From Chrysomallon squamiferum (taxonomy: Eukaryota > Animalia > Mollusca), in contig CM022670.1 of NCBI GenBank assembly GCA_012295275.1, positions 23,498,001 to 23,562,000 of the forward strand: a stretch of 64,000 nt of DNA, given 5' to 3'. Under the pieces are notes generated by a model. That model saw only the letters and a program-made list of their open reading frames with translations. It was not told the origin of the DNA and ran no database searches. A program made the translations under genes and the position numbers. Shown piece by piece: positions 38,691 to 53,272 of the stretch (its first letter is position 1; the number at the start of each line of letters is the position of its first letter).

Positions 38691-39710
38691 TCATAACTAT
38701 AAGTAGGTCATCTATTTCAAATCATTGCTCCATTAATGTTATTATATAAATACCGTTGCCCTATTTATATTATTCCATAAATTCAATACTCCATTAACAG
38801 TATTGTAAAAAATCATTTCCCCATTTATATCACTGGTCTCTGATAATATTAATTAAAGCTTCATAGTGTAATGAACTGGCAACAGCACAAAGATACCTTT
38901 TTTTTTACATCCGAGCTTTCACCTGGCATGGAAGCCCATTTATACTTACTTGCAAGCAATAAGAAAAACAAGGAATGTACACAGGATTAAACAGTCTTTG
39001 TTCAGAATGAGTAAGCAAGAAAACAGAAATGGGAATGTGATACATATATATATATATATAAAGCACAAGTAATATGCCACTTTGACAATGTACTGGAAAT
39101 GGAAAGAAGTAAATAACAAGTTTATTAATTTTATATTAATATTTTACAAATGGGATGAATACACAAATTTTGGTGAATAATAATAATAAAAAAAAAAAAA
39201 GAAGATTATTCAGTTTTATATATAAATTTTCATCATCACACACAAATCATTCAAATATATATATATATATATATGTATAAATCCCTTTAACATAAGAAAC
39301 GTGAATGTTAAACAGAATTTTAAAAAATCAAGTACATTACAGGCTCTGTGAATATCTGATGATGCCTGTGGTAACATGTACATCTTACACAATCAAAGAC
39401 ACGCACAGATGAAGAACTGAAACTGCAGAATGTTAATCACCGTCTGTTCAGTTGAGATGAATGTGGCAGTTGTCCAACACAATCAGTGTCTTACCATGAT
39501 CATCTACAAACAGTTACGTTGTTACAATCACCTCGGATTTATCCATAATTACAACACAACCAATCTTGAGTTCAGCAAACATGTATTCCTTGTAACAAAC
39601 ATCATCACAATGGTGAAAACTTCAGTTGTTAAAGAATAGTATCCTCCATAAACAATTTTCACAATAAATTCCATGTTTGTTTGAAATAATGTGATTTCTC
39701 TTCACGACTC

Positions 39711-39751
<41 letters not shown>

Positions 39752-39899
39752 AAAAAAAAAAAAAACAACCTATAAACTAGGAAACTTGATGATAGAATTT
39801 TGTGATCCCAGCAATATAAAATGGACGATTGTTGTAAGATTGCATCAATGATGAGGCACTGATGTAGTTCACTGCAGTGGACGGATTCTGCTGTCCTCA

Positions 39900-42255
39900 C
39901 TACAAGTCCACTTCATCTTCTGCTGAGCTGCCGGTCACTCTCGCACACAGACAAAAAGAAATAATTATCCCAAAAATCTGAAATGTAAATAAAATCATAT
40001 TTCATTATTTTTTTTTATTTTTTTTTTAATATTATTCATTTATAAAAAAAATTGGATATTATTTTAAAGCATTTGATTATTTATTTATTTACTTTGTTTG
40101 TTTGTTTGTTTATTTACTTATTTATTTATTTGTTTGGTTTGTTTATTGTGTTTAGTCAATGTTTAAAACAATTGTTTAATTAACAGATTTTTTTATTATT
40201 ATTATTATTTTTTTAAATAATCAAAGATCTTAATTCCTCCTCCAAATATAAAATAAAAAATCCATGATTTGTACCTTCATAACTTTTTCTTTTACAAAAC
40301 GAATATTTCTGTCATTTGAATTTGTCATCTCGTTACTGTTGTTAAAAATAATTTTCCTTGTTCATATCAATTTTTATTCAGCATCATCTTATTTTAAGAC
40401 ATTTTCATGTTTTTCTTTTATTATTTTATTTATTTATTTGTTTACAGCTGTTGCATTACAGAATCAATTACATTGTTTTGTGGTGGTTGTTGTTTTTGTT
40501 TTTAATTTTAAACAAGTAACTTACTAAAAATAAGGGTACAACAGCAGCCACAATTCCAGCCACTGCAGCATATGTCAACAGATACTTAACAAGGATGTCG
40601 TAACAGCCCTGGAAAAATATAATTTTATCATAACAAATGCATTAAAAATTAAATATTTTCTAAATAAACACATTTTTAAAACTAACAAAAAAAAAAAAAA
40701 AGTCATTCTCACTTTAAAGTCATAAAAAAGTACTAATACTAATAAATAAATAGGAAAATAAACTGGAGAAAAAACAAATAAACTGAAATTAAATATTTTA
40801 AAAATAAAGTAGCACTGATAAATAATTGGAATTAATACTGTTAAAAAAAATAATATTTAAAAATATAGATAAAAAGAAATAGAAGATAATGGAATAAAAT
40901 CATAAAAAAAAAACAACAAATAAACACCAGTAAAATAAAACACAAATCACCAATTAAAAAAACAAAAAACAAATGGCTTTTAAAGGCACTCTGAGTTATG
41001 CTAACAATAAATACTGAAAAATAAACATATTTATATCCAAATTAATGATTTATGTAAATCTGTCATATGTGTGATTTCTGCCAAGTTTAACTGCTTTGAC
41101 CGGGACACTGTGACAATAAAATACATCCAGACTGAAAATAAGAAATGAATGAATGTTTAACAACAATTCATATTATGTTACAGAAGTAAGTATGTATGAA
41201 TGAGCCTGCAATATATTTCTGTAGTGAAATCACTTAAAGGAAATGAAAACTCTAAAAATAATCACACTGAAGAAACATAAAAAAAAAGTCTCACATTTCA
41301 GGAACAATAAGACCTAACTTTCTGTGTTTGAACTTGTACTGTTGATCAGAACTGAGACTAATATTTTGTTTTCTCCCTTTTTGGATTTGATAAAGCAGCA
41401 TTAAAAATTCATTAAATCAATCGAGCATTTGTTAAGGTTATTTCTTTCATTTCTGTGTTTCAGAGACACAAAAACATCATTCAGCAATATGTTCCCAGTC
41501 TTTTCCTTTCCTGCTTGATAATTAAGTCATGATCACACCTTGTCCAGATGCTACATGTCAAATAATAATAATAATAATAATAACAACAATAATAACAACA
41601 ATAATAACAACAATAATAATAATAACAATAACAATGACAATAACAATAATAATAATAATAATAACAACAATAATAATAATGATAATGATAATAATGATAA
41701 TGAAAGTGTTAAGAACAATGATGATAAAACTAGCCGCCATTACAATTCGGTTAAATACAGTTAACCCGACTTTTTTTGGAAGAAAAATTAAAGACTTTAA
41801 AAAGAAAGCAATAATTTAAACTCTTTACATTTGTATATAAATAAGGATTTTTTTTTCTTCTTTTTTCATCGTGTGCATTCAGATGGTTAGGTGGGCCAGC
41901 AAAGTACACCTGTCCAGTACATATGGCTTTATCTCCATTTCTACAGCAGCTCTCTGGAACTTGTCTGGCTTTAGGGCCTTCTGAAATATAAAAATAAAAT
42001 GTTTATAATTACAAAACTTAATAAGCTAAAAACAAAAAACTCTTATTTGCAATACATCAAAAGTTTTATGATATTATGAAATACGGTATAATTTTTTATT
42101 TTTTTAAATAAAGAGTAAGAAAAAAAAGGAATTTATAGTAAATCGAGATTAGATATATTCTATTAGATTTAAATGATAATGTTTGGATATTCTGAAAATT
42201 TTGGAACTTATAAATTTAGACAAAACATTTTATCTTTCCTACAGTGAACATTGTT

Positions 42256-42286
<31 letters not shown>

Positions 42287-43813
42287 AATGTCATTTTAAC
42301 CAGGGGAAAAATTATTAAACACAATACAATTAATAATGTTTCAAGTTCATAACACACAACACAACAGATGTTTGTTAAATAACCAGGTAACAATATCATT
42401 GATTAGCACTCAGAAAGCTAAATAACCTTTCTCTTTTCAGTTAATATGATTATTACATAACCACAGAACTGTTGTTATCTTTACGAGAAGACAGAAAAAA
42501 AAAAAAAAAAAATGTTGGGAGGTTACATCAATACATCTTAATTATGGAAAAAGTTTGAGGAAGAAAACGGGACAGAGAGGAAGAGAGAGAGTGTGTGTTT
42601 GTATGTGCAAACAGGTCTGCATGTGTGTACATGTTTTGTTTTGAGTGGATACAAATCTTAAATAACTTACTTTCTTTTTCTTTTTGAAACCACAGAGTGT
42701 TAGTTAAATAGAACGCCCAGGAATTTAAAGATGTCACATTGCCTTCCACTCCACAACACTGGAGCTGTTGAATAAATTAAAATAGAAAACGTGAAAAACA
42801 TATATAAACGTGTTGGATTGAAAAACATATATAAATGTGTTGGATTGAAAAACATATATAAACGTGTTGGATTGAAAAACGTATATAAACGTGTTGGATT
42901 GAAAAACGTATATAAATGTGTTGGATTGAAAAACGTATATAAATGTGTTGGATTGAAAAACGTATATAAACGTGTTGGATTGAAAAACGTATATAAACGT
43001 GTTGGATTGAAAAACATATATAAACGTGTTGGATTGAAAAACATATATAAACGTGTTGGATTGAAAAACATATATAAACGTGTTGGATTGAAAAACATAT
43101 ATAAACGTGTTGGATTGAAAAACATATATAAATGTGTTGGATTGAAAAACATATATAAATGTGTTGGATTGAAAAACATATATAAACGTGTTGGATTGAA
43201 AAACATATATAAACGTGTTGGATTGAAAAACATATATAAATGAACAAAAATAATCATTTTATTTCAAAATTCAAAGTGCATGTATTTGGTTAATACTTTT
43301 CTACATAGTAACTTTCTCTTACTCTAATAAAGATTATATTTTTACATCTATTCATAATCTTTTTTATCTTTCAACAAAAACAAACAAACAAACAAACAAA
43401 AACTGTAACATTTTGTGCATACAAATATAATTCATACAATATCCACAAAAATCAGACTAACTGAATTCATGGCATCTGAACATTTTATAATCACTACTGG
43501 AAACATTTTTCAAGAACGATTTTACAAACATAAATATTTTATTTTTTAAAATTAGCATCAGTCTGCATATCCCCTAATACTTTTTATGCAGAAAAATTCT
43601 GAAAATGAATCGAGATGAATTTTGTTTGAAAGTGTTTGACAGTGTAAAATATAGCATGTGTCACATACTTGTCTCTGCATTGCATCCCATGCATCGGTCA
43701 CTCTTCTGTTTTCAGAGCTAGACCGAGTATCAACTCCATACTGCTCGGTTAGTGAATGCTTCATTCTTCCTTGAATGTGAGTAGCAAGCTGTTGGCAAAA
43801 AACAATTGAAGAA

Positions 43814-43854
<41 letters not shown>

Positions 43855-46800
43855 AGATCCATAACAAAAAGATATAAATTCATAGGAATAAAATTAAATG
43901 CCTACAACAAAATATTATTGTTGTTATTTATTTATTTATTTATTTGGAATACTGCCCAATTATATAAAATTATTATTTTGTTGTTTGCAGACAACTAGAC
44001 TTTATTTAAGTATTTTCCTTTATTTTTCTACCTCTGATTCGATGGTAAACATTTAAGTAACTTTTCAAAATGACATTTTTTCATTTGAATTAAACCACTG
44101 AAAATATCTGAACCATCTAAACAAAGATTATTGTTACGACCTGCTCTAAAAATGTTTGTTATCCTTTAAATCTCGTTTTGTTTCCAAACATTTTAAAATG
44201 CTTCTTGCCAAAGTACATTCAGCAAAATAAATACAAATGTAAACAAAGATTTAAGTTAATTAATCTTGCATGCCAGCATTATTACCATTTAATAGAAAAT
44301 GCATTAATTCTGTGTAAAAGAAAATTGTGTTTTATCATGTTTTGACATCCATCTTGTTCACTGAATGTTTTATTATCACCACTGGAATCATCTTTCAAGA
44401 AATATTTTACAAACAAATATTTTATTTTTTAAAATATAATTTAGATTTAAATACATGAAATAGTCATTTAAACCTAGTCATTTTTTTTTTTTTTAATTTC
44501 TCAGTAGATGGAACAGGCATATGATTTTGGTAAAGGTTTGTAGATATTAACACAGTAGAGAAATACTTTGAAAGGTGTTTAATTTTTTTTGCAGAAATGT
44601 ATATTACTGTATAATAGAGAAGCAAAAATATTGATTTGTAAAGGAACTCATTTTATTCTGAGTTATAGTTAGCAGTGAAAGCAACTCCCCTTTTCTAAAC
44701 CGTCCTGTTAAACAAGTTACTGCATTATTAATGTTTTAAGCAGATGGTTTGTTATCAATAGTTTGAACTTTAATAATATAAAATCATTTTTTTATAACAT
44801 GATGTATGTATCAATTTTATATACAACAGATTGGTTTATGATATGAAGTTTTAATTATTGTAATATATTAAAATAACAAAATAAAATAAAAAAATAAAAA
44901 ACACTGTTCAGTGAAATATATTTTTAAAAAAAGAGATAAAAATATGATTTAAACAATTTGCAGATATGATAAAATTACTGATGTAAAAATAAATATTTAA
45001 TAAACAACAAACACAGTGAATGATGATAGCCATCCATATACACACAACAAATAAATAATAAATGAACTTACCACCCCCCTAGAATAGAAAGCTAGAACTG
45101 AGGCCACACCTAGTACTATGAGCACTATAGCTAAAGTGGTTCCATACTGAAATAAAAAAAACATTAAATATTTTATATCAATAAAATAACTGAAACAGGA
45201 CTGATGGAGATGGAATAAAAACAATTTAATTTCTTAGTTTTCAATGAAAAGCAAACAGTATCTTTAAAAAAAGTTGTTTTACTTTACTTATTTATTAGTG
45301 TTGTTGTTGTTGTTGTTGTTGTTGTCATTAAGAACACTAGACTGTTTAGTCAGGTATAAAAGATTGTTTCTTGGTTGTTATTTTTTCTTTTTTTTTCTTT
45401 AGGAAGACATCTTTAATTTGGTATTTAATTTCTATTTTAGTTATTTGTTAAAAAAAATTGTTTTTATTATAGTTCACTTTAAAAAAATTAGGTCAGTTTA
45501 GTTTTAAAAAAACCAACATTATTCTTTCAAATTTTATGCTAGATGCCATTGCAGTTTCATGACATTTGCTATATTTTTAGTTTATGCAACTTTTTTTCTA
45601 TGGTAGCAGAAGTATAATCATTATCAGTTTTTATTTAATAATGGTGATTTTTGTAAATCACCCTATTTCAAGTTGTAACAGCCCTAAATAAAACTCACAT
45701 TAGTGTACTGCTGTAAGACTTTTAAATGTTTTTTAACTGACAACTGACTGTAAAAATTTATAACATTTTTTTTATATGGAAAATAAATTGCTATGTCATT
45801 GTGTTTACTTCCCTGTGTTGATTGGACAGTTCAAAACTGAGTATGGAGATGAGAAGAGAACACTTGACTGGTTTTTCACAATAATTACAAAACATTTTCA
45901 TATCACTTAGATCACTATGCGAAGAAGAAAATCTCCCATGATACTATTACATACAGAGATAAATAATCTACAAAATAGATACTGACATTATTTTTGAACT
46001 TAAAGTGATTGCTTTGAGCCAGCTTTTTTTTATCTTCATTATTTTTATTTTAGGAAACTTTCAGAATTTTCAATGTGTCAAACCTTTAATAAAAAATGTA
46101 TTTTGAGGGTTGTTTTTTTGTTTTATCTCAGATCTATCTATCTTTGTACAAAGTTATATATAGTTATGAGGTGGGTTTTTTGGGGTGAGGGCTTCATTTT
46201 TTCCTTAAATAAATATTCAGTGTGTGTGTTTGCATATTTATGAGATTAAGTTTATTTGTGTATGTATGTATATATGCACATTCACATGCATTTGTATGTC
46301 TGTATCTTGTTTGTATATGTGTATCGTGTCTGTATTTTAGTGATATTAAAAAGATAATTTACAGCAGATACGTACAAACGAGAGAACACATTTATCTTCT
46401 CGTATTGTCCCACAGCAGCCACAGAACGCCAGCAGAGCGACAGAGCCTCCCCCTGCTATCAGCAGATACGTCGTCACCTCGTAGAGCTGGTTACCCACGA
46501 TGGGCGTCACCTTCCTGGCTCCAAAGTCTGTTACAAGCAGCCATATGCCCACACCCAAAGCTGCACATCCTATTACCTGAACAAGAAAAAAAAAAAAATG
46601 TTTAATAATTAAATTAACATTAATAGATATATATATATAAAATCTGTTTATACTAATGACAATATATTTTTGTGAGAGAAAATGAAACAGACAGAAACAG
46701 AGAAAGAATGAGACAGCTAGCTAGCTAGAGAAACACATACAGAAGAGAAAGAAAAAAGACAGACAGACAGACAGACAAAAAGTAACCAGAGTTAAATTAT

Positions 46801-49800
46801 GATACTGTATAGACAGATTTTTAAAACTAAATTCATGAAATGTTTGTGTTATGTCCCAGTTATTTTTTATTTTTTTTAATCTTAAATATCATTTTGTCTG
46901 AAATGTTTGAACTGCTTGCACCAGAGTAAACAGTGTCAGTATTTTGATGATGTTGATGTTAGGTCTGAGGCAGACAGACTTAGCTTGGCTCACTGAAAAT
47001 GTTTGACATCAGTTTGTTTATTTTATTTACAGAGATGACTTATTGCTGTATCTCTAATCATAACCACCTTATTTACAGAATATTTCTCACAGGTTCAGTA
47101 ATAGTAACTGCTTACTGTTGTTGTTATTTTTCTCTTTTTTTGTTAATCATTCTTATTTAAATAATTCCTTTAATTTTTCTTTTTTTTTCTTTTTCTTTTT
47201 TTATAGTTTTTAGAGTCAGCCTCATGATTAACCAGCAGAAATAGTTTCCATTTTACCCTTAAAAAGTTTTATTTTATCCTTATAGTAACTGGCATTGGAA
47301 AGTTTCTATTAGGAAAAGATCCTTGTAACATGCTCTGTCTACAACAGTATCTAGGAAATCTTCATTTCCATTACTATAGCAACAGCAACAACCATACAAA
47401 CACCACTAAACAGTACTAGGATGAAAAAATTAATTTGCAAAGCATTTTATTTTATTTTTTCTGTAAACACGTATTACTGGTAATGTAATATCTTCAATGA
47501 CAACTACTAACAAAATAATAAAAGTGACAATACCAAATCAACAAAAATCAATAGCAAACATTTTCTTTCAGAAACCAAGTAGCATCTGAAGTGTGAAGAT
47601 CCAGTTAACATAGAAAACTTAAGTATTGCTCTGATAGTCAGTGACCAATACATCAACACTGGGTTTTCCTAGCAGACAATAAATCATTATTGAGTGAAAC
47701 AGACACCAGCTTGCCAGTGATTACACTAAATGGAATCTAACATGAGCGCATGAGAAACAGATCACTGGAGAAATGATTGTCACCATAAAAACCAGCATAT
47801 GGATGTCACTGCTGTTTATCTCTGTATTAATTACTGAGGCATGATACACAAACACAACAGAAAATTCCAGAACATCTAAATTACCAGATGAAAAATAATA
47901 TGAGATTAACTTTTGTGTGATTTAGTCAATACACATACTTAATTAATACACATACTTTTGAATAATAACAAAATATACTTGTATAATGAAACGAAAATCA
48001 GTTGTAAATAATATGTGACAATCCAGTATGACCTGTTAATGATGAAAAATAATCAATAAACATTAAATATTAATTAGCAATCAAATCAAACTTTTCTTGC
48101 ACATTGCTAAAAATAGTCATCAGGCTTTTTACAGCAATGGGAAATAACCAGTGAAAATCATCACTGAAACAACATGTAATACATGCCTTGACTTTAACAA
48201 TCTGTTGGGTTTTTTTTTTTTAAATGACTGATGGTGTGTTCTAAATCAGTCTACTATTCATATCCTTTTTACAGGGTTCAGTGAGTAGGGGACAGAAATG
48301 GATGACTTCTGAAATCCTTTAAAACAGCGGAAAAAAACAAATAATCAGTCTGCTCTAAAAAGATAAAGCAACACGAACAATCTGCAGAGCTTCAGTAACA
48401 ACTGAGTATTTGTATTTAAAATAATAAATTTAAAATAAAAATTTAAAACAACAGATTTAGGAATATTAGTCAAAGGATCCAAAGATTTATTTTTAAATGA
48501 GTTAACAACATATACAGGATGTTGTTATATTTAATACAACATTGCTATTCACTGGTTAAAGCACGCATATTATACATGAAAACTGCAAATGAAAATCAAA
48601 CAGTAAAATCATTATGCATAAACCTGTCATACTAAGCACATATTTTTGTTACGTAACTAGAAAATCTCTGTCTAGGCACTTTATGCACAGCCACACATAG
48701 TTTGATGTTATTTAAATATTGTAAAGATTTGTTTATTTATACATTAACCTTAATATGACACCTAATTGAATTTTTAATCATTCTTTAATTCAAATTCAAT
48801 CATTTGTTTCATAAATATCTCCCATCATTTCTCAGAAAATTTTGCAGATCATTTATAAAAATTTGACATCTTTCACTAAATCATTTTTTGATCCAATTTG
48901 TCATTCAACATCATCATGTCAGAAAAAGAAAAGAAAAAAATATATATATAGTCTAAAATGTTTATCCTGGTTTTATCATCTTGGGATGCCTGGGTTTCTA
49001 AAGTAACTGAGAATGTACTTACAAGAATGCAGACGTTGTAACAGTGAAGTGTTCCTCTAAGGCAAGTTGTACAGTTGTCCTCGTTAGCTCGCCGCACTTT
49101 CTTAGCCTTGTATTCATCACACGAACTGTCTTTCGATGATTGTCGCCGATTCTGTAATGGCTGTAATAACAATAAGAGTAACAATTAATAATAATAATAT
49201 TAATGTGGTAGTAGCAGTAATGAAATTTAGCAATTATATTTGAAAAAAAAAATGTAGAAAATGAATCGCATGTATACATACATACACGAGAACAATGATC
49301 TTATAAAAAATAAAAGTTAAAATAAATGTCAATAATAATCATTAAAACAATTAATACCACTTCAATACAATCGTAACAATGAATAAATGAATATCACAGT
49401 TATCCATTATATCACCTTTCCCTATATTTCACCAGGATGTTAAAAAAGATTTTACGCACAGAAATAAAACTGTACTATTTAATGACACTTTGTTTTAAGA
49501 TCGCGCAACAGTACACACAAGACAGTAAATCTGAATTCCACATGTTGAAAAACAGTGACGGAGAAAATACAAAACTCTTGCCATCACCTTTTTCATGTTT
49601 TTCACCACTGAAACAAATCATTATGTGTTTCAGCAATCTGAGTTAATCTCTAAAAACACACAGGAGAACAATGAAGCAAATTAATGTCTGTGTGCATTTC
49701 AAAGTGATCGGCTCAATTAAGTCCATGTAATTACATCCATTCTGCCTTCTGGCCCTGGCAGTATCAATCCTGCGAGCAGTCATCACATCAAAGCCTCTGT

Positions 49801-52800
49801 TCCAATAAGAACGTGTCCCCAGATGCCTCAGTTAATTACAGCAAGTGCACATTCTCACACACTTTCCCTACCAGGTAATTTATACTTGGCATAAACTGTA
49901 CGAAATAAACCCAAATAAACGGGACATGTTAAAACCTAAACGACTTTTGTTTTGTCGTGAGCCGATCCTTGTAACAGTGCTAATTGAGAAGACAACTCCG
50001 TTTGTGGAGCTGTTCAAATAATCACAAGCCCATAAGCAATTGTCCCCAACAATATTGCCTTCTTAAGCATCACTTTTATTTGCCACTATTTTCTCCGTGC
50101 CAGAAGAACTGAGCCGGTGATGGTACACTTGCGTCAAGGCAACATGTGTAAGGATTTGAGAAAACGAACCCCGGGGTGTTTAGTCAATAGTCGTGGAAAT
50201 TGAAGAACAGCAAGAACTGAACATGATCTTATAAGAAATCAAAGAAGATGAGCAAAAATAATCGTTGTCAGTTTGCATTAAGATTTGTAACGACAATCAA
50301 ATATTATTTTCTTTGGCGAAGAATGTTCACAGTATACAAAGCAGTGTCAAGGTTTTGTGCACACTTTAATTACTTTTAGTCTAGTATGGGTTTCTGAGAT
50401 TGATGGCTTTGTGTGTCGTCTGCCAGAAACTGAAATAGTTCAAAAGATTTTCTTTTCATTAACTTGTTTAACATGATAGCTTTAAGAGAAGAAAGAAATG
50501 AATTCGTAAAACTACTAATAATTATTAATGAGAACACCAAATTACATCCAGAAAATTATTTTAAAAACAACACAGAATATTTATTTTTATTATTTTGTTT
50601 CCTAATTTCTTGTTGTTTTTTTGTTTTTTTAATTTTGTACAAAAACACAAAAACAAATGGTATCTTGAAAATATGTAAAAGGTTAATTAGATTTCTTTGT
50701 TATCGATATTGTTGAATAATGTTTAGTAACAAATGAAATATTTTATTGGTCACACAGATACAGCTTTTAAATAATTACTGAATTGACAGTGTCTTCACCA
50801 ACAAAAATACCAGCTATTTCTCCTTTAAACAGTTAGTCTGACATTTTAAAACTACAAAAAAAAAAAAAACAGCCATAAATTATCATTACAAGGATCCATC
50901 TAGATTTCAGTAAATTGTGACATTAACAATTCTGTGAAAAATAAATGACACTGGATGAGTTTATGTTTGTGTAGATTCTTTAAAACTGTTTTTATTTATT
51001 TATTTATTTATTTATTTACTGCATGCTTTGTCTTTTTTATTGCAGTTATTTTCTGATTTGTTGTGGAATAGTGAAAGAAGATCAAAACTGATGCTAAACA
51101 CTTGCACAATCATCATTAACTGAATTATGAGTTTTCTGAATTACCTTGTAGACATGTTATTATTTCATTTTCATTCGTTTTATTGTTATTATAATTTTTA
51201 TTATTATTTGTTTGTTTGTTGTTTCTTTTTATGTTGCTTTTTGTGTTGTCATTTAATTGTATCTTTTTTATTTAATCTAATATAATAATTTATTAAAAGT
51301 AATAATAATCTCAGATGCAGATTATGTAATATAAATAAATTGACTATTATTAACTCAGTTTCTTCTTTTTTTTCCTGATCACACCACATTCATTTTCTAT
51401 GTTATTTCTACATTGGTAAAGTTTTATTAATAAATCAGTAACAAATTTCCATTAGACATTCCAATATCAGTTCTTTTTAAAAATATCTATTTCAGAATTC
51501 TTCTACTGTCTGCAACCCTTCGAAACAAGGGTAAATTCAGCTTTACCATTCATTAACATTTTCTATAACATTCATTACCCAACAGTAATCTCTACAACTG
51601 AAATGACATCTTATTTCCACCACACAAGTGTTATTGACCAAACGAATTTGATTTTCTTCCATGCTTCCCAATCATACTTCTTCCAGGATAATAGAGAGAA
51701 AATGGCTGCCATTTATCTTGTAGTCACAATGTCTGCAATTTTCAAAACACAAGACTGGACGTTCTGTATCTAGGTTAACAACAACAGAAATGAGGTACTG
51801 ACCCAGTCTATTACTTATTAACATTTCCTTCCTTTCTTAATTCCCTTTTTGTAATTGAAATGACAATAGAATTGATGCTCTTTATACAAATACACTTTCT
51901 ACATTACTAATGTTCAGTATTTAAAAGATTTATTGTTCTTTTTAACAAAGAGTATTAATAAATAATGTTTAGTATGGAAAGGTACAAAAAACAGTGGATG
52001 CTTTTTTTTTTCTTTTTTTTTAAAGGACATAATTATTGACTCCTAGATATACTTTTACTTTTCTAGTTTTTGGCTGAATCAGAAAAGGTCCATGTTACAT
52101 CATTTGATAACTGTGATGAAGAAGCATGTATGATAAATAGCTGGTTCAGTCATCTTTTCCATCAGTGCTCCACAGGTTTATACAAATAAGGGTGTGTGCT
52201 CTCCTATCTGTGGGAAGGTGTAAATAATTGGAAAATGACAGCTCCTCATTAGACTGAAGCAGATTTTGTTTCTACTTAACTGCACAAGTCTGATCAAATG
52301 TATGATGCACATATTACTGCAGATTACAAATGTGTCGAATGTGTTATTACGTAAAATATTTCTTCCTTTCTTCCATGGAAATTAAATTACTAGCAATAAT
52401 ATTTAAATTAATGTTTCAGGCATTATTTTAAGGTGTGTGGCAACTGGAAACCTTTTCTTACCTAAAACAAATTGGAGACAAAGGATTTTTTCAACGTTTC
52501 TTCTAACTAAACCTCTACCAAATTACTTTGGTTTTTGAAAAAATAAATAAATAAAAAATAAGAACAAAATCAAGGTGTCTTGACTGACTGTCCAAGAGTT
52601 CAAGACAGATGTTTGAATATTCAGTGAATAGAAGGATGTTTCAAACTGTCATCAAATTAATTTTTGAAGAATAACTTATCTGTAATCCAACATGATTTAG
52701 CCAAGTGTGCCTATTTTGCACAATGGCATTATTTTTTATTTTAAGCTGTTTATATTCAAGTTGCAAAATGAATACTGGTCCATCCCATGTAATTATCCCA

Positions 52801-53226
52801 CTTAAACAGTAGTCTTTCCTAATAGAAGTTTGTAAATGTTAACTCTTGTGCAATGTAGACAAAAATAACACCATTAAAAAATAACAGAAATAACTAACTA
52901 CAGTTTCTTTTTCTTTAAATAATTTAACAGATATTGAAAGAACCAAATTTAGATTTTACTAAAATAAACATCCAATTCAGGAAAATACAAAAAGGCAAAA
53001 TTTAACAGATTTAAACTGAAAATGGAAATGAAAATCAAAAGAAGATTCTGATTTTTTTTTGTTAATAAAATGAAAATCTATTTCACATCCCCCTTATACA
53101 CACACTGACATGCACACAACACACTTAATCTGTGACAGACACCTACACACATAATGCTATACACTGTACAAGTATATATGTAAACACAAACACACAGTTA
53201 TACTTTTAATACAAACATATACACTA

Positions 53227-53272
<46 letters not shown>

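Noticed and set aside
41529-41819. Poly-Asn / poly-Ile ORFs
   Set aside because: Translations of a trinucleotide microsatellite.
42700-43257. Long ORFs (150-185 aa) on both strands; CRISPR-like appearance
   Set aside because: Produced by a stop-free 27-bp tandem unit. There are no unique spacers and no cas genes, and the array is intronic.
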